A stretch of DNA of 64,000 bases, from positions 14,710 to 78,709 of the IMG/VR virus record IMGVR_UViG_3300032246_001438; one strand, given 5' to 3'. The stretch's first letter is position 1. Each line of letters starts with the position of its first letter. The notes under the pieces were generated by a model. That model did not search any database. It was given only the letters and a program-made list of their open reading frames with translations, and was not told the origin of the DNA. A program made the position numbers and the translations under genes. This DNA comes from a virus. Below, piece by piece: positions 20,301-28,563 of the stretch.

Positions 20301-20646
20301 CTGGACTCGCGACCTTGTAGGTTCTGGTTCTTTGGCTCAGGTTCTATACTTTGACAATACTGGCCCTGGTCAGGGGCAGGCACAGTCAGCTTCTGGCCTC
20401 ATCACAGGCGGCGATAACATCGCGTCCTTCTACTCAGAAAACGGTTCAGCAACCTCTTACAACAAGACTGACGTAGACTTGACTAAAATCCGCGACTTGG
20501 GTAACTCAGTACTTAGTGGTGACGGCAACGTCTCTACCCCTGGATATCCAAACGGCCCAGATATCTTGGTTATCACAGCCACCAACATCGGTAGTGGTGC
20601 AGCCAACATTGGTGCTCGTATCTCATGGACGGAAGCACAGGCATAA
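17347..20646 (+). CDS. Large virion structural or fibre protein
   Basis: 1099 aa, beta-rich; repeated TVT..PH.F..G..V.V.G modules; RQTRRYFRYQSGK motif. Confidence 0.75.
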   Translation: MARNIAPEEYAFNPATRQITLNRYIQEKHIFLIANATDNIVMFNFSDPSLKATISYTYPTFSISNDTGTTVYQTVITLQYDTTSMSSTDVLQIIIDDEHQKVTFDDTMIDGAQKLKTSTPQSLMDTDFEYSVQPSKWEAVFLSNNYPSFFAKPSGGNAVEVASVVGDGVSPRSTVTVTTTFPHAFLPNQVCSVQETLNYLAEGTALITSTPTPNSFTYIARGVVSGDILSGTLTSIYGGDIYDGAHIPGGNYPGLGYNAAGINTLNRWIASTDGAAPVSTVTVTFDNPHGVFPGASIVVAGTNSFDGNWQVSQVATTRTLSFQLSRQQSAVSVPTTALIMTKGDGYIIHRPYDGGVALTTATNSMGSQTIRQTRRYFRYQSGKSMQFSTGAQLTPVYDVEAMYLNGGAIGPAYVTVQTVQDHGFQAGVVIGVEGVETRYPYNPFNGQYTVTKIINNNTFEYAVTLTSVIPTVDINPAGINVYIHARAWDGAVTRCGLFDDQNGFYYEYDGREMYVCRRHSEKEGIGRVNVTKNSSLVTGLSTQFRKQINTGQSVVIKGNTYKVIQINSDTSFNIAPAYRGVTATKTRYLITQTQRVAQDEWNIDHFDGTGPSGYKMDVGRMQMVYIDYTWYGAGTIRFGMRTVDGKIRWCHRMSQNNVNNAAYQRSGNLPARYEVANDPAYFSRMLAGDANGTLGAALGPNANIVWVEDTHDWPEAGYIYVKDDTNCEIMKYSSIGAYNPTKGCAPIYISERRSSITQIYPDIPFTFSGTKSPVTFTPDSSITGTGGNAQVAVQSITQNCAPMISHWGSSIIMDGGFNQEGTFVFTGGMNKYLSIAAGVTRPLVAVRLAPSVDNAIARNFGVREIVNRMQLQMNGIGIQANGSFRLDAVLNPIAIEYTKWTAAQLATTRTSVTGSGGQIYVTIGDTTGTVGLAPGMFMTGSNLSAGTTIAAIAGNRLTLSLPLTGTATGTYTFTPTRGFDGIPTDWTRDLVGSGSLAQVLYFDNTGPGQGQAQSASGLITGGDNIASFYSENGSATSYNKTDVDLTKIRDLGNSVLSGDGNVSTPGYPNGPDILVITATNIGSGAANIGARISWTEAQA

Positions 20647-20719
20647 TGTCATCCGTTTACAGTTTCAAATCTTTTAAAAATGCTACACTTTTAATAACCT
20701 CGGAAGGTAGGTAATATCA

Positions 20720-21058
20720 ATGCCCGATTACAGCTCCCTCAGTACACAGATTAATGGTGTTAAAGATGAAATTACCGCAAGTCTTGCGGCTTCTACTTAC
20801 ACAGCACAAGATTTAATCTATGTATCTAAGTCACTTGAAACTTTAGGCACCCTACTTGGAGTCAATGACATTGTTGCAGCAACTGCTGCAAACGTTACAA
20901 CAATCACCACTGCTGGTACAACACAGGTAGCTGCTGTTAATACTGCAGGCACAACACAGGTTTCTGCAGTTAATACTGCGGGAAGTACTAAGGTCGCTGC
21001 AATTGCTGCAGAGTCCGCTAATTTAACCACACTAGCCTACATTGGAGTACTAGCATAA
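20720..21058 (+). CDS. Small structural protein with 11-aa repeats
   Basis: TAGTTQVAAVN/TAGTTQVSAVN/TAGSTKVAAI. Confidence 0.7.
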   Translation: MPDYSSLSTQINGVKDEITASLAASTYTAQDLIYVSKSLETLGTLLGVNDIVAATAANVTTITTAGTTQVAAVNTAGTTQVSAVNTAGSTKVAAIAAESANLTTLAYIGVLA

Positions 21059-21363
21059 TGGCAACTACAGTAACTCGATTTAAAGCTGTTACTGCTGGGC
21101 TAACCGATGCCTCAGCATACGCAGTTCCTGCATCAAACACTGCTATCGTGACAAATGTTATTTTGTCTAACAAGACAGCAGCAACTCGTACCGCAACCAT
21201 CACGATGGGCGGTTTTTCATTTTGCACAGGTCTACAGGTTCCAGCAAACGGTACTGTAAACTTTGACGTTCGTACAGTTTTAAACGCTGCAGAAACAATC
21301 ACAGTTGTAGCAGATGTTGCTTCAGCAGTTGATGTTTTAATCTCTGGCGTATTGATTAGCTAA
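21058..21363 (+). CDS. Small beta-rich virion protein
   Basis: TAATG coupling; YAVPASNTAIVTNVILSN motif. Confidence 0.7.
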   Translation: MATTVTRFKAVTAGLTDASAYAVPASNTAIVTNVILSNKTAATRTATITMGGFSFCTGLQVPANGTVNFDVRTVLNAAETITVVADVASAVDVLISGVLIS

Positions 21364-21393
21364 TTAACCACGGAAAAGGACAGGTAACTATCA

Positions 21394-24300
21394 ATGGCAA
21401 TTTCCTCAAGTAAAGACTTTATCGTCTTCCCGAATGACAATTCGGGGCGCGTTTACATTAACGAGGCGTCATTTACCGCCAGCGGTACCTGGACTGCACC
21501 TGCTGGTGTGACTAGCGCCCAGGTAATTCTCGTCGGCGGCGGCGGTGGCGGCGGTGGCGGCTCTCGTGACATTGCTGGTGGCGGTGGCGGTGGCGGTCAA
21601 GTAATCGTCAAGAACCTCACTGTTACTCCTCTTACAACCTACCAAGTATCTATTGGTGCAGGTGGTCAAGGTGGGCTTGGAGCACAAAATAGCACAGCTG
21701 ACGTTGTGTCAACTCTTCCAGGTGGTAACGGAACTCCAACTACATTTGGTACTGTTTCCGTATTTAACCTTTTAACAAATACAGATTTTGATTACGGCAT
21801 TAATGCTTGGGACCCAGCGGTTATTTTCCGTCAAGGTACAGGTATCTCAGGTCAGTCTTCAATCACCGTATATCCAAATGCTAACGGCCTTGCTGCTGGT
21901 ATGTATGTAGCTGGTACTAACGTAGGTACTAACGCTCAGATTGTTTCTATCTCAGGAAACATCATTACAGTATCTGTTGCTAACGGTGGTACTATTCAAG
22001 CGCCTTTGCGTTTTGATACTGGTCAGAACGTAGTACGTCCTGCAAACCAGTTCTTCTACAACGTATCTTCAGGTGAAGTTACAAACAACACTCAGACTGT
22101 TGGCGTAGCATCTTCACCATTCTTCCAAAATCTATCTAACAACATTATGCAGCCAGAAGTTGCTCAGCTTGAAGAAGCTGCTATCCTTACTAACAACTAT
22201 ATTCGTCAGTTTGGTACTGCGCTATCTTCATTCTCAATCACAAACGCAGGTGTTCCAACAAAACTTGCTGAAATGGTTGGCGGATACGCTAAAGTAGCTC
22301 AACTAACTCTTAATTCAACATCTGTAACAGTTGATAGCACTCTTAACATCTTCCCAGGAATGTTTATCACAGGCACAGGTGTTGCTTCAGGTACAACCGT
22401 TCTTAGCGTTGACAGCTTGACAACACTTACAATGTCAGCTGGAGCTACACAGACTCGTGCAAGCGAGCCTGTAACAGTTTCATACACTGGTGCTTTTGGT
22501 ATCAACGGTCTTATCTGCGGTACAAGCTCATCAACATCTGCTGGTGCACCTACATGGATTAGCTTCTCAAACCTTAACTCAACTACCACATCTAACGGTA
22601 CTCAGACAGTAACTGGCTTCCAGGGTGTTCCATACATCCCAGGTCAGTCATACACATTCTCTGCTTATATCTCTACTAACGTAAATATCAGCACATCAAC
22701 ACCAATCCTCTTCCAGATTCGTTCTGCAGGAGCTTCATGGAATGCTATCTCAAGCACTTCATACCTTGGTGGTTCTAACTCTGGTACAACTAACTCAATT
22801 GATGCTGGTCAAACTAACGGATTCTTCGTACGCCAAGGTACCCCAGCTACATTGACAAACTACGGTGGTACATTTGGTACTACAGCTACAGCATCAAACG
22901 GTGCTACAACAATGACCGTTGCTGATGCAGCAGGTATTTTGATTGGTATGGCTGTAACAGGTTCTGGTATCCAGTCAAACACAGTTGTTTCATCTGTGGC
23001 TGGTACTTCAATCGGTATCTCACTTGCTACTAACGCACCTCTTTCAACAACAGCGGTTACATTTGCTAACCCAGCAGGTGTTCAGATGCTTGGTTCTAAC
23101 GTAACTGTTGGTCAGACAGGATGGCGCCGTCTTTCAGCTACATTCTCAACACCTGCAATTGCTTCAGCGCTTGCTAACGGTCAATATGCTTGGGGCTCAA
23201 CACCTCAGTTTATTGCTCCAACAATCGTCTTCCAGCAGCCATCTGTTAACTACTGGATTGACAACGTTCAGCTAGAAGTTGGTGGAACTACAACTACATG
23301 GCGCCCACCTGTATACCGTGAAGCACAGACAGCTATGATGATGTCAACAGCTTCTACAACAGGTAACCTTGAGACATCACACCGCTTTGTTAAGGCAACA
23401 GCTGGTACTGTGTACTCAGGTTCTATGTTCGTAATTGGTGGAGGTACGTCACAGCAGTACCGCCCAGTTCGTGCTTTCCTTGAGTTCTTTGATAAAGACT
23501 ACAACTCATTGACTCGTTTTGAAGGTAACAATACATACATTGGTTTCAATGGTGTATCAACTCTTACACAGCAGATGCCTAACGTTACTTACCCAGTACG
23601 TGTTGGTATTGCAAACCAAACTGCTCCTGTAAACACCGCATTTGTGAAGTTAGGTCTTTTGAACTTCCAGGGTGCACAGAGCGCAACAGCTAACGCAATT
23701 GAGTATCACTTCTTAGCTCCACAGCTAGAAATTAGCGCAACAAATACAGTTTATAAGGAAGTTGATAACGTCAACTACTTCTTTGCTGGAGAAGCTGGAG
23801 CAACACCTATTGTTAGCTCAGCTCTTCTAACTGCTGAAGGTGGCGGTGGTGGAGGTACATATAACTCCAACATGACTACATGGCAGTGGGGTATTGAAGG
23901 TGGCAACAATGGTGGTCACGCTGCAAACGGTTCTTACAGCTACATGACTCTTGCAGGTGGTGGAGCAGGTTCAGGTGGCCCAGGCTACAACGCAATCTCT
24001 TACACACCAGCATTCTCAACCTCACCTTCAGGTGGTTTTACTTCAACACTTGGTAATACACACAACGTATTCCCAGCTCGTGGATTCCACGGTGGAGCGT
24101 CACAGACTAACTCTGGTACAGGTAACACTAATATTCCTGGCTTTGCTGGTGACGGTGGTGAAGGTCAGTTTATTAGCGGCCTTAACTCAGGTTCACCTCT
24201 AGGCCTACCACTTGGCGGAGGCGGTGGTGGAGCTGGTTGGACAGCCATCTCAACATCACAGCTAACACCTGGTCGCGGAAAAGCAGGCGGCGGTAAGGGT

Positions 24301-25047
24301 GGCGGAAACTACATCTACAACCAGTCAACTGCATCAGGCGATTACTACGCTCGTGGTCTTGACGCTATCCAGAACACTGGCGGCGGCGGAGGTGGTGGTG
24401 GTTCTAACAGCAACAACGACCCACTTACACCTATCTCACACGCAGCGGCTAACGCAGCAGTTAACTACGAAGCTATCTCAGCTGATTACTTCAAGTGGTC
24501 TCCTGTATATAACGCAACGCTAGCTATCTCATCACAGGCTGGGTTCTACGGTTCAAACGTTCTTCGTGCAACTATCCAAGATACTGGTAACGCTAAGTTG
24601 GTTACAGATTGGCAATCATTCCCAATCCTTCCACGTATCCCTCTATACTTCCCAGGTGTTGCAGCTCGTCTGACAACAGCTCCTGGTGGTGTAACAAGCT
24701 CCCAGTTCCCTGGTCTTGCTAAGCGCGTTCGTCCAACAGTTCGTTGGAAAGACCAGAACAACACGCTTATCCGTGAAGACCGTCCAGCATACGACATTAT
24801 CTTTGCTGGTACTAACACAATCACATACCTAGGTGCAGTCGGCGCTACTTCAGGCTCATGGCAGACACTAGTTGCTCCAGCTAACGCAGCGTTCTTTGAT
24901 GTTACATGGGAACTCTTGTACATGGACGCAGGCGATGTTGTTGATGTTGACTTCGGTGGTTGCCAGTACTACGGTTACTGGTCATTCGGTGGAAACGGTG
25001 CAGATGGTTACGCACTAGTTCGCTGGTTTGACAAGGCAGTTCTCTAA
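21394..25047 (+). CDS. Glycine-rich fibre or adhesin with carbohydrate-binding-like inserts
   Basis: FTASGTWTAPAGVT...VGGGGGGG Gly-rich N-terminus; NLLTNTDFD...W, YTFSAY, WIDNVQLE CBM-like motifs; GGNGADGYALVRW end. Confidence 0.8.
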   Translation: MAISSSKDFIVFPNDNSGRVYINEASFTASGTWTAPAGVTSAQVILVGGGGGGGGGSRDIAGGGGGGGQVIVKNLTVTPLTTYQVSIGAGGQGGLGAQNSTADVVSTLPGGNGTPTTFGTVSVFNLLTNTDFDYGINAWDPAVIFRQGTGISGQSSITVYPNANGLAAGMYVAGTNVGTNAQIVSISGNIITVSVANGGTIQAPLRFDTGQNVVRPANQFFYNVSSGEVTNNTQTVGVASSPFFQNLSNNIMQPEVAQLEEAAILTNNYIRQFGTALSSFSITNAGVPTKLAEMVGGYAKVAQLTLNSTSVTVDSTLNIFPGMFITGTGVASGTTVLSVDSLTTLTMSAGATQTRASEPVTVSYTGAFGINGLICGTSSSTSAGAPTWISFSNLNSTTTSNGTQTVTGFQGVPYIPGQSYTFSAYISTNVNISTSTPILFQIRSAGASWNAISSTSYLGGSNSGTTNSIDAGQTNGFFVRQGTPATLTNYGGTFGTTATASNGATTMTVADAAGILIGMAVTGSGIQSNTVVSSVAGTSIGISLATNAPLSTTAVTFANPAGVQMLGSNVTVGQTGWRRLSATFSTPAIASALANGQYAWGSTPQFIAPTIVFQQPSVNYWIDNVQLEVGGTTTTWRPPVYREAQTAMMMSTASTTGNLETSHRFVKATAGTVYSGSMFVIGGGTSQQYRPVRAFLEFFDKDYNSLTRFEGNNTYIGFNGVSTLTQQMPNVTYPVRVGIANQTAPVNTAFVKLGLLNFQGAQSATANAIEYHFLAPQLEISATNTVYKEVDNVNYFFAGEAGATPIVSSALLTAEGGGGGGTYNSNMTTWQWGIEGGNNGGHAANGSYSYMTLAGGGAGSGGPGYNAISYTPAFSTSPSGGFTSTLGNTHNVFPARGFHGGASQTNSGTGNTNIPGFAGDGGEGQFISGLNSGSPLGLPLGGGGGGAGWTAISTSQLTPGRGKAGGGKGGGNYIYNQSTASGDYYARGLDAIQNTGGGGGGGGSNSNNDPLTPISHAAANAAVNYEAISADYFKWSPVYNATLAISSQAGFYGSNVLRATIQDTGNAKLVTDWQSFPILPRIPLYFPGVAARLTTAPGGVTSSQFPGLAKRVRPTVRWKDQNNTLIREDRPAYDIIFAGTNTITYLGAVGATSGSWQTLVAPANAAFFDVTWELLYMDAGDVVDVDFGGCQYYGYWSFGGNGADGYALVRWFDKAVL

Positions 25048-25057
25048 GGAGTAACTA

Positions 25058-25360
25058 ATGGCAAAATATGCATTAATTGATGGCACTAAAGTCGCACAAG
25101 TAATTGTTGCCGACAATGAAGATGCTCTTGGGGTTATGGGCCAGTTGTTTGACGTCGTTGATGTCACTAATCTGGTCCCACAACCAGCTCAGAAGTGGAC
25201 GTTAGAAAACGGTGTTTTCTATCCACCAATGAGTACGGCAGTTAAGGCTCTTTGGAATGGTGCAAGCTTTGATGACCCTAACGTCATTGACGCTGAAGTT
25301 ATTGAAGAAGAAGTTAAAGAAATCGAAGCCCCAGCAAAAGGAAAGAAGGCAAAGTCATAA
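25058..25360 (+). CDS. Small fibre-associated protein
   Basis: MAKYALIDGTKVAQVIVAD...KWTLENGVFYPP; follows the Gly-rich fibre gene. Confidence 0.65.
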   Translation: MAKYALIDGTKVAQVIVADNEDALGVMGQLFDVVDVTNLVPQPAQKWTLENGVFYPPMSTAVKALWNGASFDDPNVIDAEVIEEEVKEIEAPAKGKKAKS

Positions 25361-25743
25361 TGGCAATTTCATCGCAGCCAACAGTATTGGCACAGTCTAA
25401 TGATGCCTACATCAACGTTGGTGTAACAGGTCGCCTTCAGACCTTTTCAGCATCAACAGGTGCGGTATCTATCAACCCAACAAGCGGTTCATTTATTCGT
25501 ATTGCTAACCCAGTAGGTGCAGTAACTGTAACCTTTACTGGTGTGCCATCAGGATATGGAACTCGCTGGCAAGTAGAAGTAGCTAACCGCGCTTCTAACG
25601 CTGTGTCTTTCAATGGTATTACATGGGATGGTGGCTCAACGCCAACTATTGCATCTGGTACAAACAAGACAGTTTTAAAGTTTTACTCATACGATGGTGG
25701 TTCAACCATCTACGGTGGCGTAGACTTTGCAACTATTGCTTAA
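25360..25743 (+). CDS. Small virion protein
   Basis: ITWDGGSTPTI...VLKFYSYDGGSTIYG motif typical of fibre C-terminal modules. Confidence 0.65.
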   Translation: MAISSQPTVLAQSNDAYINVGVTGRLQTFSASTGAVSINPTSGSFIRIANPVGAVTVTFTGVPSGYGTRWQVEVANRASNAVSFNGITWDGGSTPTIASGTNKTVLKFYSYDGGSTIYGGVDFATIA

Positions 25744-25758
25744 TTTATAAGATTAGTT

Positions 25759-25795
25759 CCCCACCGTCCCCAGGGACTGGTGGGGCTTTTCTTTT
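25759..25795 (+). terminator. Rho-independent terminator
   Basis: CCCCACC-GTCC..GGAC-T-GGTGGGG-CTTTTCTTTT. Confidence 0.75.
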
Positions 25796-25813
25796 TAGGG
25801 GTACAATAAGCGT

Positions 25814-26872
25814 ATGAAAATAGCCGTATACACCATAGCTCTCAATGAAGAACAGTTTGTAAAACGATGGTATGACTCTTGTAAGGAAGCAGATTACCTA
25901 CTTATAGCCGATACTGGTTCTACAGATAAGACAGTAGCTTTGGCTAAGAAATTTGGCATTAACGTATTTAGTATCTCTGTAAAACCATGGCGCTTTGATG
26001 ACGCCCGTAACGCAGCTCTTGCTCTATTGCCAGATGATATTGATATGTGCATCTCTTTAGATATGGATGAACTACTTGCCCCAGGTTGGCGTGCCGAGAT
26101 GGAAAAGGTAAAGCCTAGTGTTAACCGAGTTAGGTACAACTACACATGGAACTTTAATCCAGATGGTTCTCCTGGTTTAACTTTCGGGGGAGATAAGATT
26201 CACTCTAGACATGGATACCGTTGGCGACACCCCGTACACGAGTGTTTATACACAGACCGTCTAGAAGTTAAAGAACAATGGATTGAATTAGGGCTTTGGC
26301 ATAAAGCCGATGACACTAAGTCTCGCGGTCAATACCTACCGCTTCTTGAACTTTCAGTTCACGAAGACCCAATGAATGACCGTAACGCTTACTACTACGC
26401 TAGAGAGTTATTCTTTAATTATCAATATGGTAAAGCTATAAAGGAATTCAAACGTCATCTATCTTTGCCCACAGCTCAATGGAAACCAGAGAGAGCAGCT
26501 TCCATGCGATACATTGCTAAGTGCTCTGAAGATGAAAAAGAAAAAGAGAAGTGGTTTCAGCAAGCTGTAAAAGAATGTCCAGAAAGACGAGAAGCGTACG
26601 TTGAGCTTGGTCAGCTTTATTATAAAGAAGGAAAGTTTGCTGAGTGTGTGACCGTATGTAAGAAAGCTTTAGCTATAGAAGTTAGACCAATGGAGTACCT
26701 ATGTGAAGAATTTGCATGGGGTTCTGTGCCTTGGGATTTGATTGCCGTATGCTCTTATTGGCTTGGAGAGTTTGAAACAGCTCTAAAATACGGAACTAAA
26801 GCAGCTGAGCTAAGCCCGACAGATGAGCGTTTAACGGGTAATCTTGAACTGTACAAGAAAGGTATTGAATGA
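25814..26872 (+). CDS. GT2 glycosyltransferase with TPR repeats (SunS/SgtA-like architecture); probably leaderless
   Basis: IALNEE, ADTGSTD, FDDARN, LDMDE (DxD), WRHPVHE motifs; C-terminal TPR-like helices; TACAAT 6 nt before ATG. Confidence 0.9.
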   Translation: MKIAVYTIALNEEQFVKRWYDSCKEADYLLIADTGSTDKTVALAKKFGINVFSISVKPWRFDDARNAALALLPDDIDMCISLDMDELLAPGWRAEMEKVKPSVNRVRYNYTWNFNPDGSPGLTFGGDKIHSRHGYRWRHPVHECLYTDRLEVKEQWIELGLWHKADDTKSRGQYLPLLELSVHEDPMNDRNAYYYARELFFNYQYGKAIKEFKRHLSLPTAQWKPERAASMRYIAKCSEDEKEKEKWFQQAVKECPERREAYVELGQLYYKEGKFAECVTVCKKALAIEVRPMEYLCEEFAWGSVPWDLIAVCSYWLGEFETALKYGTKAAELSPTDERLTGNLELYKKGIE

Positions 26873-27390
26873 GAGCCTACAATCCTGGCGGTAAGTTTGA
26901 TGCCGATTTTGAAACAAATGAGATACTTGTTGGGGTTGACTCTGATTTAAAAAATCCCGTAGGAACTAAAGCACTTTGGTACATCTGGGATTCGGATACA
27001 ACTGTATTAGACCCTATCTATGATGTTGGTCAAGACAGAACTAGTGCCCTTGGCGGACGTAAATGGAAAGGTCCTTATGAATTACCAGTTGTTAAAGCGG
27101 TAATTAAACAAGGTCAAGTAAAAACCTCTGCGGTTGGTTACTATAACTCCGACGAGCTTCACCTAACTCTTAATATTGAAGATGTAGAAAAGATTGCCCC
27201 TGGGGTTATTGCTAACCCTGATAGGCAAAATAAAGGACGCATAGTTTGGAAAAACCAGGTGTACCGTCCATACGGAGTTCAAGAACGAGGAATTGTTGCT
27301 GAAAGATTTACCTTGTTGGTAGTAGAATGTCTCCAGGTTATGCCTGAAGAAATGGTCAATGACCCTCAGTTCCAGACTTACGCTTCTTAA
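26869..27390 (+). CDS. Probable head-closure/neck protein
   Basis: RIVWKNQVYRP motif and position in the morphogenesis module. Confidence 0.5.
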   Translation: MRAYNPGGKFDADFETNEILVGVDSDLKNPVGTKALWYIWDSDTTVLDPIYDVGQDRTSALGGRKWKGPYELPVVKAVIKQGQVKTSAVGYYNSDELHLTLNIEDVEKIAPGVIANPDRQNKGRIVWKNQVYRPYGVQERGIVAERFTLLVVECLQVMPEEMVNDPQFQTYAS

Positions 27391-27399
27391 GGAAACACC

Positions 27400-27549
27400 A
27401 TGGCTAAAGATACTAACCCTTGTTGGGATGGCTACGTTCAAGTAGGCATGAAGAATAAGGGTGGCAAGAAAGTTCCGAACTGCGTCCCCGCAGGCTCGGG
27501 TAAGAAGAAAGTTGCAAAACCTACTACAAAGAAAGCTGGTAAAAAATAA
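27400..27549 (+). CDS. Lys-rich micro-protein with CWxGY...VPNCVP motif (49 aa)
   Basis: Manual translation MAKDTNPCWDGYVQVGMKNKGGKKVPNCVPAGSGKKKVAKPTTKKAGKK; TAAGGA RBS. Confidence 0.8.
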   Translation: MAKDTNPCWDGYVQVGMKNKGGKKVPNCVPAGSGKKKVAKPTTKKAGKK

Positions 27550-27725
27550 TGTGTAAGTCATGTGGATGTGGCTGTTCAAAGCCAAACTGTAAGGGTGCCT
27601 GCAAAAAGACTGCAAAGAAGTCTGCAGCAAAGAAGATGTCTCCAAAGCAAAAAAAGCTTGATACAGACAAAGACGGCAAGCTAGAAGGCTCTGACTTCGC
27701 TGCCCTACGAAAGAAGAAGAAGTAA
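27549..27725 (+). CDS. Cys/Lys-rich micro-protein with EF-hand-like loop (58 aa)
   Basis: MCKSCGCGCSKPNCKGACKKTAKKSAAKKMSPKQKKLDTDKDGKLEGSDFAALRKKKK; TAATG coupling. Confidence 0.8.
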   Translation: MCKSCGCGCSKPNCKGACKKTAKKSAAKKMSPKQKKLDTDKDGKLEGSDFAALRKKKK

Positions 27726-27865
27726 TGTGCGCTACCTGTGGCTGCATGAAGCCAAAAGATAAGCACGGCATGAAGTCCCTTAAGGAAGCTAACAAGAAGT
27801 TTGCTAAGAAGGCTGCGCCTTCAAAAGCTAAGAAGGCATCTATGCCTAGAAAAAAAGGCATGTAA
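27725..27865 (+). CDS. Lys-rich micro-protein (46 aa)
   Basis: MCATCGCMKPKDKHGMKSLKEANKKFAKKAAPSKAKKASMPRKKGM; TAATG coupling. Confidence 0.75.
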   Translation: MCATCGCMKPKDKHGMKSLKEANKKFAKKAAPSKAKKASMPRKKGM

Positions 27866-27981
27866 TGGCGCACGACGACAAAAAGTGGACCAAAGGCATG
27901 ACCCCCGCTCAGAAGAAAAAGTTTGAGAAAAAAGATGAAAAGAACGACGCTAAATTAGCTAAGAAGATTAAAAAGAAGTAA
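27865..27981 (+). CDS. Lys-rich micro-protein (38 aa)
   Basis: MAHDDKKWTKGMTPAQKKKFEKKDEKNDAKLAKKIKKK; TAATG coupling. Confidence 0.7.
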   Translation: MAHDDKKWTKGMTPAQKKKFEKKDEKNDAKLAKKIKKK

Positions 27982-27987
27982 GTAGTT

Positions 27988-28015
27988 GAGGGGCCGAAAG
28001 GCCCCTCTTTGCTTT
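27988..28015 (+). terminator. Rho-independent terminator
   Basis: GAGGGGCC-GAAA-GGCCCCTC-TTTGCTTT. Confidence 0.85.
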
Positions 28016-28088
28016 ATCCTTATATTGAGTCCATGCGGGACTCAAAGCACCACCCTTGCGTTAGACCCTGCGCTCCATTGGAGAAGTC

Positions 28089-28250
28089 ATGTCTGAAAAA
28101 GATAAAGTTGATAGAGCTTCTGATATGCAATTTAGAGAAGCTATTATTAAAAGTATCCCCGAATCAGGTGTGAGCAAGTTCTTGCTTGGTGGCGCAACAG
28201 GTTACGCGTTAGGGAAAGCGATTAAAGGTGCCGTTAAACGATATCGATAG
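28089..28250 (+). CDS. Small hypothetical protein (53 aa)
   Basis: MSEKDKVDRASDMQFREAIIKSIPESGVSKFLLGGATGYALGKAIKGAVKRYR; GGAG RBS. Confidence 0.6.
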   Translation: MSEKDKVDRASDMQFREAIIKSIPESGVSKFLLGGATGYALGKAIKGAVKRYR

Positions 28251-28563
28251 CGCTGAAGAAGCCGCGCTTTTTAAAGCCCAAGAGCTTTCTAAGAAGATGA
28301 CAACAAAACTTAGACATGCTGCTTTGGATGCTGCCTGGCCTTCTATGATTGTTTCTAATATGACTGTCCGTGTTAAGGACACTCAATTAGTAATTGACTA
28401 CCCCGAAGACCTTCAAGAAGAAATTAATGACCTTGAATACGGCACTGGTCCTGTCCCACCAGTTTCGGTCATTCGAACTTTTTTAAACCGTACTGACGAA
28501 TATATTTCCGACATCTTTGGAAAAGACCTTATTGATGAGCTAATCAGTGAGGATGTGTTTTAA
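28228..28563 (+). CDS. Probable neck or tail-completion protein
   Basis: DLEYGT motif; position before the tail terminator. Confidence 0.5.
   Translation: MPLNDIDSAEEAALFKAQELSKKMTTKLRHAALDAAWPSMIVSNMTVRVKDTQLVIDYPEDLQEEINDLEYGTGPVPPVSVIRTFLNRTDEYISDIFGKDLIDELISEDVF

Noticed and set aside
27163-27873. Minus-strand ORFs of 236 and 80 aa
   Set aside because: Phe/Leu-rich shadows of the Lys-rich plus-strand micro-ORFs, which have an RBS, TAATG coupling and a terminator
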